Assembly (NCBI GenBank): GCA_002269645.1
Contig: NIVC01000137.1
Coordinates: 558,001 to 622,000, forward strand
Length of the DNA: 64,000 nucleotides
Source of the DNA: Macrostomum lignano
Taxonomy: Eukaryota
Direction: 5' to 3'
Positions 11,886 through 24,915 of the stretch are shown piece by piece. The translations under genes were made by a program, and so were the position numbers. The notes under the pieces are model-generated. The model saw only the letters and a list, made by a program, of their open reading frames with translations, was not told the DNA's origin and made no database searches. Every line of letters begins with the position of its first letter. Positions within the stretch are counted from its first letter, which is position 1.

Positions 11886-13695
11886 GTGAGTGCTTGCTAC
11901 GAGTATTTGGGGGAACGCCTGCTATCTTTGTGAACGCTTTATTTTGTTGCGTATTTTTGTTACTTTTATAAAAAGAGACTCATATCAAACGTCTTTGTCC
12001 GTGACAATTTTACTCGAATAGAGTGATTTATAAAACTGAAGAAGGAATCGGTTTTTAAGAAAATGTGCATTTGTAATGGATTTGCATGAATAATTTTTTC
12101 TCCTTGCTTATTGGCCGACATGAAGGGGGCACTAGATTGCTAGTTTAATATTATATTATTCTATTGCCAATGCATTTCTTCCACTTCGAATATCGTCAGA
12201 TCCAAATAAATTTATTAAAGAAAAAACGAAATTGTTTGTATATTTTTTGATTTGAGACATTGTACAAGTATATATTCTCTACCATGGACGCATTGGCTTT
12301 TCGAAGCGGTCCATATTCCATACTTTTGAAGACATCAATAAGATGCTTTAATTTGACATAAACGTGAAAAGTCACTCAGGGGTATGGGAAATTTGCAGAA
12401 AATTAATAAATGCTTCGCCATGACGCCGCATCTGATCAAGCAGATTCTGCCAAATCGAATCATTCAGTGAAGTTGAACGCACCTTATGTCATGCAAGTTC
12501 CATTCCCCCAAGCATTTGTAGTCGTGGTGTTCTTTTACACTCGACTCAGTGATTAGCTTCAACTCGCACAGTAGTTGTATATTACAATCAGAGATCCGAC
12601 ATGGCTTCTTATCACTTCTTTCTGTCTAGTTAGTCCTCTCTAGCCTTCTTCTTACCGTACAATGCTCTTAAAGCCTTTGCCTCTGCCTGCAAGTTGTCTA
12701 TGGCCATATATTGGCTCTGGCTTTCTCTGGCATGTCCCACTTGGCTTCTCTTCACCGTATCCGTTGCTCAAAAGTGTGAAACTAGCGACCACTTGAACAA
12801 CTATGGAATAATGACACAGACGCTAGCATAGAGAATATATACAATGTTGGATTATCTAGTTGGTTGCATCGATAAACACGAGAGCTAATGGTCATAAACA
12901 CTCGCGCACAGTTGAAATTGAAAGTTGAGTACATAGCTGGGTACAAAAGTTTGGGTGGAAAGGCGTGGTACACATCAAATGAATTCAGATCCGGATAGAA
13001 AACGTAAAGTTGACGACGACTATAGCACCCCCATGGCCTTTCTCGCTACTCGTTAGTAGGCAATCTTTGTACCCCAAAGCGCAAACCTGTTCCACAACGA
13101 AGTTGCAGAAAACTTCTTGACTTTCCAACGACCGTGAATTCACGCAAATGTTTGAGAATTTTCCCGTCCATCCGCCAGTCTGGGATGGGATTAAATCTTG
13201 GTATTTAATTGATTCCTGTTGACACTACAAACCTATACCACCTGGGATATTTAGTAAAGGTGATTATATTCAATATCTGATGAGCGAATGGCAGCACTAC
13301 TGCATCAGACCATAGGGTTTCATCGGGCAATATTAATAATCAGTCGAATGCAGAGATGCTGGATCTAAGGCGCTTCAATCTGAAGTTAAAATCTGTCTGA
13401 CTGTTTGGGTTAACAGCTCCATGCAATAATGGTGATCAAATCGCTTACAACATTCGACGATGCCTGCGCAGATGGGTGAGAAAAATTGAAGATATTTTAT
13501 ATTAGTTTATAGAAAATTACTGAAATCGAATTTCAAAATAAGCTTACAAAATGTTTCAGAATTCACATGCTGAATTTAGCACATAAACCTGTACTATGGA
13601 CTTGCATTGTGTTCAACTTGCTGATCACGGCTATTGGTTTAGTTGGTAAGATTGTTGCGGGTCATGAATTGTATTGTTTCTCTAATCTATTGTTA

Positions 13696-16600
13696 ACAGT
13701 GTCTAACTCATTGTGAGTAGTGTCTAACTCATTGTGAGTAGTGTCTAACTCATTGTGAGTAGTGTCTAACTCATTGTCAGCAGTGTCTAATTCATTGTTG
13801 GTAGTGTCTAATTCATTGTCAGTAATTGTCTAATTCATTGTCAGCAGTGTCTAATTCATTGTCAGCAGTGTCTAATTCATTGTCAGCAGTGTCTAATTCA
13901 TTGTCAGCAGTGTCTAATTCATTGTCAGCAGTGTCTAACTCATTGTCAGCAGTGTCTAATTCATTGTCAGCAGTGTCTAATTCATTGTCAGCAGTGTCTA
14001 ACTCATTGTCAGCAGTGTCTAATTCATTGTCAGCAGTGTGTAATTCATTGTCAGCAGTGTCTAATTCATTGTCAGCAGTGTCTAACTCATTGTCAGCAGT
14101 GTCTAATTCATTGTCAGCAGTGTCTAATTCATTGTCAGCAGTGTCTAATTCATTGTCAGCAGTGTGTAATTCATTGTCAGCAGTGTCTAATTCATTGTCA
14201 GCAGTGTCTAACTCATTGTCAGCAGTGTCTAATTCATTGTCAGCAGTGTCTAATTCATTGTCAGCAGTGTCTAATTCATTGTCAGCAGTGTCTAATTCAT
14301 TGTCAGCAGTGTCTAATTCATTGTCAGCAGTGTCTAATTCATTGTCAGTAATTGTCTAATTCATTGTCAGCAGTGTCTAATTCATTGTCAGTAATTGTCT
14401 AATTCATGGTCAGCAGTATCTAATTCATTGTCAGTAATTGTCTAATTCATTGTCAGCAGTGTCTAATTCATTGTCAGTAATAGTCTAATTCATTGTCAGC
14501 AGTGTCTAATTCATTGTCAGCAGTGCCTAATTCATTGTCAGTAATTGTCTAATTCATTGTCAGCAGTGTCTAATTCATTGTCAGCAGTGTCTAATTCATT
14601 GTCAGCAGTGTCTAATTCATTGTCAGCAGTGTCTAATTCATTGTCAGCAGTGTGTAATTCATTGTCAGTAATTGTCTAATTCATGGTCAGCAGTATCTAA
14701 TTCATTGTCAGTAATTGTCTAATTCATTGTCAGCAGTGTCTAATTCATTGTCAGCAGTGTCTAATTCATTGTCAGCAGTGTCTAATTCATTGTCAGCAGT
14801 GTCTAATTCATTGTCAGCAGTGTCTAATTCATTGTCAGCAGTGTCTAATTCATTGTCAGCAGTGTCTAATTCATTGTCAGCAGTGTCTAATTCATTGTCA
14901 GCAGTGTCTAATTCATTGTCAGCAGTGTCTAATTCATTGTCAGCAGTGTCTAATTCATTGTCAGCAGTGTCTAATTCATTGTCAGCAGTGTGTAATTCAT
15001 TGTCAGTAATTGTCTAATTCATTGTCAGCAGTGTCTAATCCATTGTCAGCAGTGTCTAATCCATTGTCAGCAGTGTCTAATTCATTGTCAGTAATAGTCT
15101 AATTCATTGTCAGCAGTGTGTAATTCATTGTCAGTAATTGTCTAATTCATGGTCAGCAGTATCTAATTCACTGTCAGTAATTGAGTGTCTAACTCATTGT
15201 CAGCAGTGTCTAATTCATTGTCAGCAGTGTCTAATTCATTGTCAGCAGTGTCTAATTCATTGTCAGCAGTGTCTAATTCATTGTCAGCAGTGTCTAACTC
15301 ATTGTCAGCAGTGTCTTATTCATTGTCAGCAGTGTCTAATTCATTGTCAGCAGTGTCTAACTCATTGTCAGCAGTGTCTAATTCATTGTCAGCAGTGTCT
15401 AATTCATTGTCAGCAGTATCTAATTCATTGTCAGCAGTGTCTAATTCATTGTCAGCAGTGTCTAATTCATTGTCAGCAGTGTGTAATTCATTGTCAGTAA
15501 TTGTCTAATTCATTGTCAGCAGTGTCTAACCCATTGTCAGCAGTGTCTAATCCATTGTCAGCAGTGTCTAATTCATTGTCAGTAATAGTCTAATTCATTG
15601 TCAGCAGTGTGTAATTCATTGTCAGTAATTGTCTAATTCATTGTCAGCAGTGTCTAATTCATTGTCAGCAGTGTGTAATTCATTGTCAGCAGTGTCTAAT
15701 TTATGGTCAGCAGTATCTAATTCATTGTCAGTAATTGTCTAATTCATTGTCAGCAGTATCTAATCCATTGTCAGTAATTGTCTAATTCATTGTCAGTAAT
15801 TGTCTAATTCATTGTCAGCAGTGTCTAATTCATTGTCAGTAATTGTCTAATTCATTGTCAGCAGTGTCTAATTCATTGTCAGTAATTGTCTAATTCATTG
15901 TCAGCAGTGTCCTATTCATTGTCAGCAGTGTCTAATCCATTGTCAGCAGTGTCTAATCCATTGTCAGCAGTGTCTAATTCATTGTCAGTAATAGTCTAAT
16001 TCATTGTCAGCAGTATCTAATTCATTGTCAGTAATTGTCTAATTCATTGTCAGTAATTGTCTAATTCATTGTCAGTAATTGTCTAATTCATTGTCAGCAG
16101 TGTCTAATTCATTGTCAGTAGTGTCTAATCCATTGTCAGCAGTGTCTAATCCATTGTCAGCAGTGTCTAATTCATTGTCAGTAATAGTCTAATTCATTGT
16201 CAGCAGTGTCTAATTCATTGTCAGCAGTGTCTAATTCATTGTCAGCAGTGTCTAATTCATTGTCAGCAGTGTCTAATTCATTGTCAGCAGTGTCTAATTC
16301 ATTGTCAGCAGTGTCTAACTCATTGTCAGCAGTGTCTTATTCATTGTCAGCAGTGTCTAATTCATTGTCAGCAGTGTCTAACTCATTGTCAGCAGTGTCT
16401 AATTCATTGTCAGCAGTGTCTAATTCATTGTCAGCAGTATCTAATTCATTGTCAGCAGTGTCTAATTCATTGTCAGCAGTGTCTAATTCATTGTCAGCAG
16501 TGTGTAATTCATTGTCAGTAATTGTCTAATTCATTGTCAGCAGTGTCTAATTCATTGTCAGCAGTGTCTAATTCATTGTCAGTAATTGTCTAATTCATTG

Positions 16601-17151
16601 TCAGCAGTGTCTAATTCATTGTCAGTAATTGTCTAATTCATTGTCAGCAGTGTCTAATTCATTGTCAGTATCTGTCTAATTCATTGTCAGCAGTGTCTAA
16701 TTCATTGTCAGCAGTGTCTAGTTCATTGTCAGTAATTGTCTAATTCATTGTCAGCAGTGTCTAATTCATTGTCAGCAGTGTCTAATTCATTGTCAGCAGT
16801 GTCTAATTCCTTGTCAGCAGTGTCTAATTCATTGTCAGCAGTGTCTAATTCATTGTCAGCAGTGTCTAATTCATTGTCAGCAGTGTCTAATTCATTGTCA
16901 GCAGTGTCTAATTCATTGTCAGTAATAGTCTAATTCATTGTCAGCAGTGTGTAATTCATTGTCAGTAATTGTCTAATTCATGGTCAGCAGTATCTAATTC
17001 ACTGTCAGTAATTGAGTGTCTAACTCATTGTCAGCAGTGTCTAATTCATTGTCAGCAGTGTCTAATTCATTGTCAGCAGTGTCTAATTCATTGTCAGCAG
17101 TGTCTAATTCATTGTCAGCAGTGTCTAATTCATTGTCAGCAGTGTCTAATT
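13696..17151. repeat. 21-bp minisatellite (CAGCAGTGTCTAATTCATTGT), ~3.45 kb, probably intronic to the GPCR
   Basis: Direct reading; ends 35 bp before the GPCR acceptor; source of the SNSLSAV ORFs. Confidence 0.98.
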
Positions 17152-17186
17152 CACAGAAATTTGTTTCGCTCAACTTGAACACACAG

Positions 17187-17694
17187 GCAACAGCCTCGCC
17201 TACCTGGTACTGACGGGCCGCAGTCGGAGCAGATCCTGTCACGGCTCCCTGTACCTGCGCTGGCTCAGCGTGGCTGACTGCTGCGCCCTGCTGCTCTCCG
17301 GGCTGCCGCTCACTCTCGAGCTGCTCACCGCGCACGCCCTGCAGTTGCCTAGCAACCATCCTGCTGCCATCGGTGTCAGCCTCAACTCCTATCCGACTTG
17401 TGTGCTCAGACTCTACGCTGCTCAAGCTGCTCCCCTGGTTGCCACCGGCTTCATCGTGCTGTTCAGTCTGGAGCGCTGCACTGCAGTTTTGGCGCCGCTG
17501 CTGCCAACCAGACGAAATCGTCTGAGACAAGCCGCGGTGGCGCTTGCCGTGGCTTCGGGCTCCTGCCTGGCCTGCGTCCCGGCGCTGTTCAGCTTAGAGG
17601 AGTCGACGACGGGACTGAGCGGGAATGGGACCGGCTCCACTGCGGGTGGAAGCTGCCACGCAAGGTGCCAGGATTCGGGGTTAAAATGGCTATG
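17187..17694 (+). CDS. Rhodopsin-class GPCR, exon covering end of TM1 to ECL2
   Basis: Acceptor ACACAG|GC at 17186 gives (G)NSLAYLVL; TM2 LYLRWLSVAD; TM3 SLERC; TM4 ACVP. The donor is uncertain: three phase-2 GTs at 17665, 17680 and 17695. Confidence 0.8.
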
Positions 17695-18050
17695 GTTCTG
17701 GCTTGGCTAGATGACTGATGAAGTGGTTGAGATCATGGGAACGGGACAGTTAACGGGACTTTAGACAGGTTGGGATGATAGAATAAGATGTCATGATGGG
17801 ATGATGTCACGGTAGGATGTCGTGACGGAATGTCTTGATCTACTCCTATGTGATGTACTCCTATGTGACGGACTCTTAAGTGATTTAGCAATCGGAACAG
17901 AAAATTTCAGACTGCAAGCTGGTTTTGGATAGCAGTTAAAAATTTTCACCAATTTTTTCTCGTATTTCTACTATGAGTAGACGAATCAGGGAATAACGTT
18001 TTTTACTACAAACTGTCTAATTTAGCTAGAAGTTTTTACAACCCTTTTAG

Positions 18051-18653
18051 GGCGCCACTTCACGCCGCTTCCGTGACTTCCTACACCCTGTTGAGGTGCG
18101 TGGTGCCCTTCATCATCACGGCCGCTTGTAACGCACTAATCTGGCGCCGGATTCGAGCCCGCAGACTCGAGCCGCATCTCACGAACTCCTCCGCCTGGGC
18201 CAAAGCTGAGAGCAGTCGCAGCGAACGATTAGCAACTAGGAAGCTGCTGCTGATTTCTGCAACTTTTCTAGCGCTGAACTTTCCATTGGCTGTGCATCAC
18301 GTTGTCATGCTGGTGGCGAGTCCTCGCTCGCACTGCAGTCCGCTGGCGGCCGACTCACTGGCCGTGAGCGCCAGCCTGAGCTGCGCCAACTTTGCCGTTA
18401 ATTTTGCGCTCTACTGTCTGAGCGAGCGGCAGTTTCTGAGAGCGGTGACCTGGCTGCTGTTCGTTGGCCGGGGTCGAGTTGAAGCGTCGGGTAGACGGCA
18501 GCGTGTACTGAATCGCTTCATCAGCTACGTGTACCAGCACTCCGTTAGAGCCTTCGCCACCGGTCCCAGAGCAGTCAGCGCCAACGGAGAGGAGCTGAGG
18601 CGTGCGGGGAATCGCCGAACGCACAGACAACAAAACAGGCCGACTTCGATGAG
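18051..18653 (+). CDS. GPCR exon covering TM5-TM7
   Basis: Acceptor CTTTTAG| at 18050. TM5 YTLLRCVVPFIITAACNALI, TM6 ATRKLLLISATFLALNFP, TM7 ANFAVNFALYC. Phase-2 donor AG|GTAGAT at 18654. Confidence 0.85.
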
Positions 18654-18780
18654 GTAGATTTTGCTAACTATAACTGTGATAGCTTATAGGTATAGGGACA
18701 ATGAAGCAATCATGGTAATGCACCTATAGACTACGAAGAAGAAGAACTAAAAGAACTAAGAACTAAAGAAGAACTAAAAC

Positions 18781-19060
18781 TACATACAGTACACACGATA
18801 ATCTGGGAGCGATGGTGCAGTGACCAAACTGAATTCTACATACAGTAAACTGGGAGCGATGGTGCAGTGACCAAACTGAATTCTACATACAGTAAACTGG
18901 GAGCGATGGTGCAGTGACCAAACTGAATTCTACATACAGTAAACTGGGAGCGATGGTGCAGTGACCAAACTGAATTCTACATACAGTAAACTGGGAGCGA
19001 TGGTGCAGTGACCAAACTGAATTCTACATACAGTAAACTGGGAGCGATGGTGCAGTGACC
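18781..19060. repeat. 47-bp tandem repeat (~5.5 copies) in a GPCR intron
   Basis: TACATACAGTAAACTGGGAGCGATGGTGCAGTGACCAAACTGAATTC repeated head to tail. Confidence 0.95.
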
Positions 19061-19217
19061 ATAATAAACAGAGCTGCACACATTTCCAGACCTGGGTAGC
19101 TCGATGCCTTATTAATGTAGCCTATGTGAATTCATATAGCATCTCAAAGCCAAATGGTTCACCTTAAAACTAACTCTCATCTTCATCATTCCTTTCGTAA
19201 TTAAATCTGACTTTCAG

Positions 19218-19386
19218 ACTCCGCAAGCGGTCAACTCTGCAGCATCAATATCCTCATCAAAGCCAAGGCGGACAGATCCTCCAACAGTGGGATGCAATCG
19301 GCCGGACTCGCCCAGTGACCGCTGACCTGTGGGCCCCTGACCTCATCGGAGACATTCGATTTATGGATTTGCCTGACGAGCTGTAG
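19218..19386 (+). CDS. Probable last coding exon of the GPCR (C-tail ...RLRKRST...MDLPDEL*)
   Basis: Acceptor CTTTCAG| at 19217 is phase-compatible with donor 18654; open GC-rich frame to TAG 19384-19386. Confidence 0.6.
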
Positions 19387-19851
19387 CCATGGAACACTAC
19401 ATACAGAGCATCGATCGGCACGCTAGAAGATTTTCTCGGCAAGCTTTTTGCAATAAACACGGGCATTGCTAGAACAAATATTAACTCAATTACTGTCTTC
19501 ATTTGTCCAATTTACCTAATAGATTCTCATGCCTCTGCTGAGAAGTAATTAAGTAAAATAAAAAATGGCTGAGGCAAAACGTGTAGCAGGTTAATGGACC
19601 GCCGACTGTGGAGGGCGCTGAGACAGGCTCGGTCTCTGCACCGTTCTTAGAATGCTGTTGAGTTGCTTGCCTACCCATGGTACCTCATAAGCAGTAATTT
19701 ATCATATTTATTGTCTTTTATAAGTCTGACAAAAATAGTTCTACCTGTTGTGACCCTAAACTTTGTCCTCGTGGACTGCTTTATTGGAGTCTGAGGATGA
19801 AAGACATTTGATCAACTATGTTTAACACTTTCCGGAATCGTGAATCGTGAA

Positions 19852-21605
19852 GTAGAGTAGAGTAGAGTACAGTAGAGTACAGTACAGTATAGTATAGTAC
19901 AGTAGAGTATAATAGAGAGAGTACAGTAGAGTAGAGTAGAGTAGAGTAGAGTAGAGAGAGTAGAGAGAGTAGAGTAGATTAGAGTAGAGTAGAGTAGAGT
20001 AGAGAGAGTAGAGAGAGTAGAGTAGATTAGAGTAGAGTAGAGTAGAGTAGAGTAGAGTAGAGTAGAGTAGAGTAGAGTAGAGTAGAGTAGAGTAGAGTAG
20101 AGTAGAGTAGAGTAGAGTAGAGTAGAGTAGAGTAGAGTAGTGTAGAGTAGAGTAGAGTAGAATAGGAGTAAAGTAGAGTAGATTAGAGTAAAGTAGAGTA
20201 GAGTAGAGTAGAGTAGAGTAGAGAGAGTAGAGAGAGTAGAGTAGATTAGAGTAGAGTAGAGTAGAGTAGAGAGAGTAGAGAGAGTAGAGTAGATTAGAGT
20301 AGAGTAGAGTAGAGTAGAGAGAGTAGAGAGAGTAGAGTAGATTAGAGTAGAGTAGAGTAGAGTAGAGTAGAGTAGAGTAGAGTAGAGTAGAGTAGAGTAG
20401 AGTAGAGTAGAGTAGAGTAGAGTAGAGTAGAGTAGAGTAGAGTAGAGTAGAGTAGTGTAGAGTAGAGTAGAGTAGAATAGGAGTAAAGTAGAGTAGATTA
20501 GAGTAAAGTAGAGTAGAGTAGAGTAGAGTAGAGTAGAGTAGAGTAGAGTAGAGTAGAGTAGAGTAGAGTAGAGTAGAGTAGAGTAGAGTAGAGTAGAGTA
20601 GAGTAGAGTAGAGTAGAGTAGAGTAGAGTAGAGTAGAGTAGAGTAGAGTAGAGTAGAGTAGAGTAGAGAGAGTAGAGAGAGTAGAGTAGATTAGAGTAGA
20701 GTAGAGTAGAGTAGAGAGAGTAGAGAGAGTAGAGTAGATTAGAGTAGAGTAGAGTAGAGTAGAGTAGAGTAGAGTAGAGTAGAGTAGAGTAGAGTAGTGT
20801 AGAGTAGAGTAGAGTAGAATAGGAGTAAAGTAGAGTAGATTAGAGTAAAGTAGAGTAGAGTAGAGTAGAGTAGAGTAGAGTAGAGTAGAGTAGAGTAGAG
20901 TAGAGTAGAGTAGAGTAGAGTAGAGTAGAGTAGAGTAGAGTAGAGTAGAGTAGAGAGAGTAGAGAGAGTAGAGTAGAGTAGAGTAGAGTAGAGTAGAGTA
21001 GAGTAGAGTAGAGTAGAGTAGAGTAGAGTAGAGTAGAGTAGAGTAGAGTAGAGTAGAGTAGAGTAGAGTAGAGTAGAGTAGAGTAGAATAGGAGTAAAGT
21101 AGAGTAGATTAGAGTAAAGTAGAGTAGAGTAGAGTAGAGTAGAGTAGAGTAGAGTAGAGTAGAGTAGAGTAGAGTAGAGTAGAGTAGAGTAGAGTAGAGT
21201 AGAGTAGAGTAGAGTAGAGTAGTGTAGAGTAGAGTAGAGTAGAATAGGAGTAAAGTAGAGTAGATTAGAGTAAAGTAGAGTAGAGTAGAGTAAAGTAGAG
21301 TAGAGTAGAGTAGAGAGAGGAGAGTAGAGTAGAGAGAGGAGAGTAGAGTAGAGAGAGGAGAGTAGAGTAGAGTAGAGTAAAGTAGAGTAGATTAGAGTAA
21401 AGTAGAGTAGAGTAGAGTAAAGTAGAGTAGAGTAGAGTAGAGAGAGGAGAGTAGAGTAGAGAGAGGAGAGTAGAGTAGAGAGAGGAGAGTAGAGTAGAGA
21501 GAGGAGAGTAGAGTAGAGTAGAGTAGAGTAGAGCAGAGTAAAGTAGAGCAGAGTGGAGTAGAGTAGAATTAAAGTAGTGTAGATTAAAGAGTAGAGTAGA
21601 GTAGA
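19852..21605. repeat. (GAGTA)n pentamer satellite with higher-order blocks
   Basis: Direct reading; recurrent variant block GAATAGGAGTAAAGTAGAGTAGATTAGAGTAAAG. Confidence 0.98.
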
Positions 21606-22163
21606 GAATATTACCCTCGTAGGAGTAGAATCCTAGCCCCCATATATTCAGAACTTATTGTGCTCAGCATCGGGCATTTAACAGTTATTTAGGACCCACT
21701 GCTGGCTTGAGTATAAGAGACCACCCATAGTGCCAGCAACTGTGGGACTGCTTTGCAAAAAAGTGGCCACTTACTGCACACACTGCAGATGATTAGACAG
21801 GTTACAGACAGGCAAGATAAAATAGAAAAAAGTAACTGTCACTCATTAAGGTTGACAAACCTGAGGGGGGGTACTGTAATGAACGGTTAATTATGGTACA
21901 ATTATTTCGCTCCATTAAGAGCTGATTGACCATGTTCTTATAGTTTTTCTTCTATTCGCTATGCATTGGATAGAATGACCCAATGATATTTGCTGTTTCA
22001 TCTAAGTCTCTGATTTTCACAGCTCAAAGGTGCACAGCGGCTGATGTCCCAGCGCATCGTAAAAATTGTCGTCGACGTCAAATGGCGCGTCAGGGAAGGT
22101 AATAATTACGAGTGTCAGGGCTGTAAACTAAGTGCTGGGGGGGGGGTCAGGTAGAGCTACATC

Positions 22164-22785
22164 GGAGTGTCAGGGGCGCCGAATTTTATGTGTCAGGAGG
22201 TGCCAAAGTGGATCGTGTCAGGGGGCGCCAATCAGGGTGTCAGGGGGGCGCCAATCAGGGTGTCAGGGGGGCGCCAATCATAGTGTCAGGTGGCGCCAAT
22301 CATAGTGTCAGGGGGCGCCAATCAGAGCGTCAGGGGGCGCCAATCAGAGTGTCAGGGGGCGCCAATCAGAGCGTCAGGGGGCGCCAATCATAGTGTCAGG
22401 GGGCGCCAATCAGAGCGTCAGGGGGCGCCAATCAGAGTGTCAGGGGGCGCCAATCAGGGTGTCAGGGGGCACCAAACTGGAGTGTCAGGGGGCGCCAATC
22501 AGAGCGTCAGGGGGCGCCAATCAGAGTGTCAGGGGGCGCCAATCAGGGTGTCAGGGGGCTCCAATCAGAGTGCCAGGTGGCACCAATCATAGTGTCAGGG
22601 ATCGATAATCAGAGTGTCAGGTGGCGCCAATCATAGTGTCAGGGATCGATAATCAGAGTGTCAGGGGGCGCCAATCAGGGTGTCAGGGGGCACCAAACTG
22701 GAGTGTCAGGGGGCGCCAATCAGAGCGTCAGGGGGCGCCAATCAGAGTGTCAGGGGGCGCTAATCAGGGTGTCAGGGGGCGCCAA
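22164..22785. repeat. ~22-bp GC-rich minisatellite (GTCAGGGGGCGCCAATCAGAGT)
   Basis: Direct reading. Confidence 0.95.
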
Positions 22786-23228
22786 GTTTAGCAGTCAGGA
22801 GCAAGCGCAGAACCGCAGCGAATTTAGTGAAAAGGGGCCGCTGAATTCAGTTGACATTCACGCGCGCCTTAAGCTCAGATGAAGCGACTCAAACTGAAGA
22901 GAAGAAAGAACTCTCCGCAAAACAATTTACGGGTCGCGACCCTAACCGGGACCCCGAAAAAGTGAATCCCAAGCCTCGAGCCTGCTTAACGTAAATTTCG
23001 TCAGTAACCATTCGAACGAAAAATTTCTGGAATTGGGAAAACGAATTTATGGCCTGGACTCGGGTGAGCACTTCCTCGGCGTGCTCGTTCGATTAGAAAA
23101 TACGATTTCGAATAGTTGAGAGTGCTTTGGCAAAGAAGGTGCAGCAATTCTGGATTGGATGAGCAATTTTCACTGATTGACACTTTTAGAGTCCTTAAGT
23201 GCCTTAGACACTGAGTACTTTTCTCACA

Positions 23229-23712
23229 GAGTGTCTTGGTCACTGAGTATCTTAGTCACTGAGAATCTTAGTCACTGAGTTTCTTTGTCACTGAGTTTCT
23301 TTGTCACTGAGTATCTTAGTCATTGAGTATCTTAGTTACTGAGTATCTTAGTCACTGATTGTCTTGGTCACTGAGTATCTTAGTCACTGAGTATCTTAGT
23401 CACTGATTGTCTTGGTCACTGAGTATCTTAGTCACTGAGTATCTTAGTCACTGATTGTCTTGGTCACTGAGTATCTTAGTCACTGAGTATCTTAGTCACT
23501 GATTGTCTTGGTCACTGAGTGTCTTGGTCACTGAGTATCTTAGTTATTGAGTATCTTGGTCAATGAGTACCTTTGTATTTGAGTATCTTAGTCACTGAGT
23601 ACCTCAGTCATTGAGTACCTTAGTCATTGAGTACCTCAGTCATTGAGTATTTTAGTCATTGAGTATCTTAGTGATTGAGTATCTTGGTCATTGTGTACCT
23701 TAGTCACTGAGT
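23229..23712. repeat. 16-bp minisatellite (GTCACTGAGTATCTTA)
   Basis: Direct reading. Confidence 0.95.
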
Positions 23713-24915
23713 AGGTACATTGGTCTCTTAGTACTTTTGTAACTGGGTACCTAAACCACTTAGCTGGGTACCTAAACCAAAAACATATCGATAGCTGAAT
23801 TATGACAATCGAACTATACCTTTTAACCTAAACCTGATAGATCGTTAAACCACTTAGCACCGAAGACTCAAGCTAGACCTGGCCTGACCCGATTCGACCT
23901 AAGAAAAAATATCCGAGATGGCAATGCAGCAGTTCTGCCAGCAAGTTCAATGAACCGCGATGCCGTTGATGCAGGGATGGCGACTTTTTGGAGAGTACGG
24001 ATTACGCAGACTTGAGCCTGGAGACAGCACCCTCTTCAGTCACTCACGCTTCAGTTGCGATGGCCGGGGATCTAATGCCTCCCCGCCTTCGGTCCCCTTC
24101 TCTCCTCTTTCTCCCCTCTATTGCTCATTCGATTTTTCGAACAACCACCCACATTTAGCATAGTCTAAGCGCTCACGCGCAAGTCGATAAGGACTTACAG
24201 CCAAGGAAGAAGAATAGAGCATGCAGAAAGAAAAGTTGTCATCATTGCCTGAAAGTATAAAAGGAAAGGATTGGGCTAAGGCTTTTCTAGGAAACCATAA
24301 TGAAAGAAAGCCTGCATGCGGAGAAGACAAGACTAAAGGGACTCGAGCAAGTAAACTAGCTCAGCGTTCATGCCGCTAAGCCCCTCTGTGCCAACCCCTC
24401 GGCCTCACTCACTCTCTCCAATATCCAATCGCTTAGATTTTATCATCGGAAACTCATCAGTAGTGGGACTGCAGCGTCACGTATAAAGTAGGATCCCCCC
24501 AGCGATTCCCCAGCGAGCCCTGATTTCTAATACCCTAGCAACCCTCCCAGCTCCCCAGTCCAGAATTGGTTCGGAACTTCTCTCTCTCTCTCTTTCTCTC
24601 AAAAGTTTTGGGTGGAGTAGCATTATGGGTGCCACTCTGTCTGGACTAGGGGGTTTTCAGGAACCTCTATAGCTACACTATCTTTGTCTAAATGTTCCTA
24701 ATTCCCATTACAGTTGAGATGGCCAAGGCTCAATTTAGCTATCCGACAGAATTGGGTAAAAGTGTTTCGACTCTCCTGATTGTTATTGGGAAATTTCGAT
24801 ATCTCTGCCTCCTCAGACTGAGTTACTCGTATAAGCAACAGCTACTTGGCTTCTTAGGCTATGTGAGCACGTAGAGTAATTTTCAGACAGCGCAAAATAA
24901 GCTCTACAAAAACAA

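Noticed and set aside
13460-13475. First exon of the GPCR (MPAQMG)
   Set aside because: Good donor and correct phase, but no hydrophobic TM1 residues precede the GN motif.
13826-17213. SNSLSAV/CLIHCQQ repeat ORFs as a repetitive protein
   Set aside because: Frequent stop-bearing variants break the frames; the unit is a DNA-level 21-mer.
18781-19060. 47-bp repeats as a CRISPR array
   Set aside because: Head-to-tail copies without unique spacers; no cas genes; eukaryotic intron.
19257-19502. Minus-strand ORF with signal-peptide-like start
   Set aside because: Antisense to the phase-compatible last GPCR exon; no recognisable domain.
23860-24900. Possible LTR/DIRS-like relic, with faint similarity to 9060-9160
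   Set aside because: Only short scattered word matches by eye; no termini or coding motifs.
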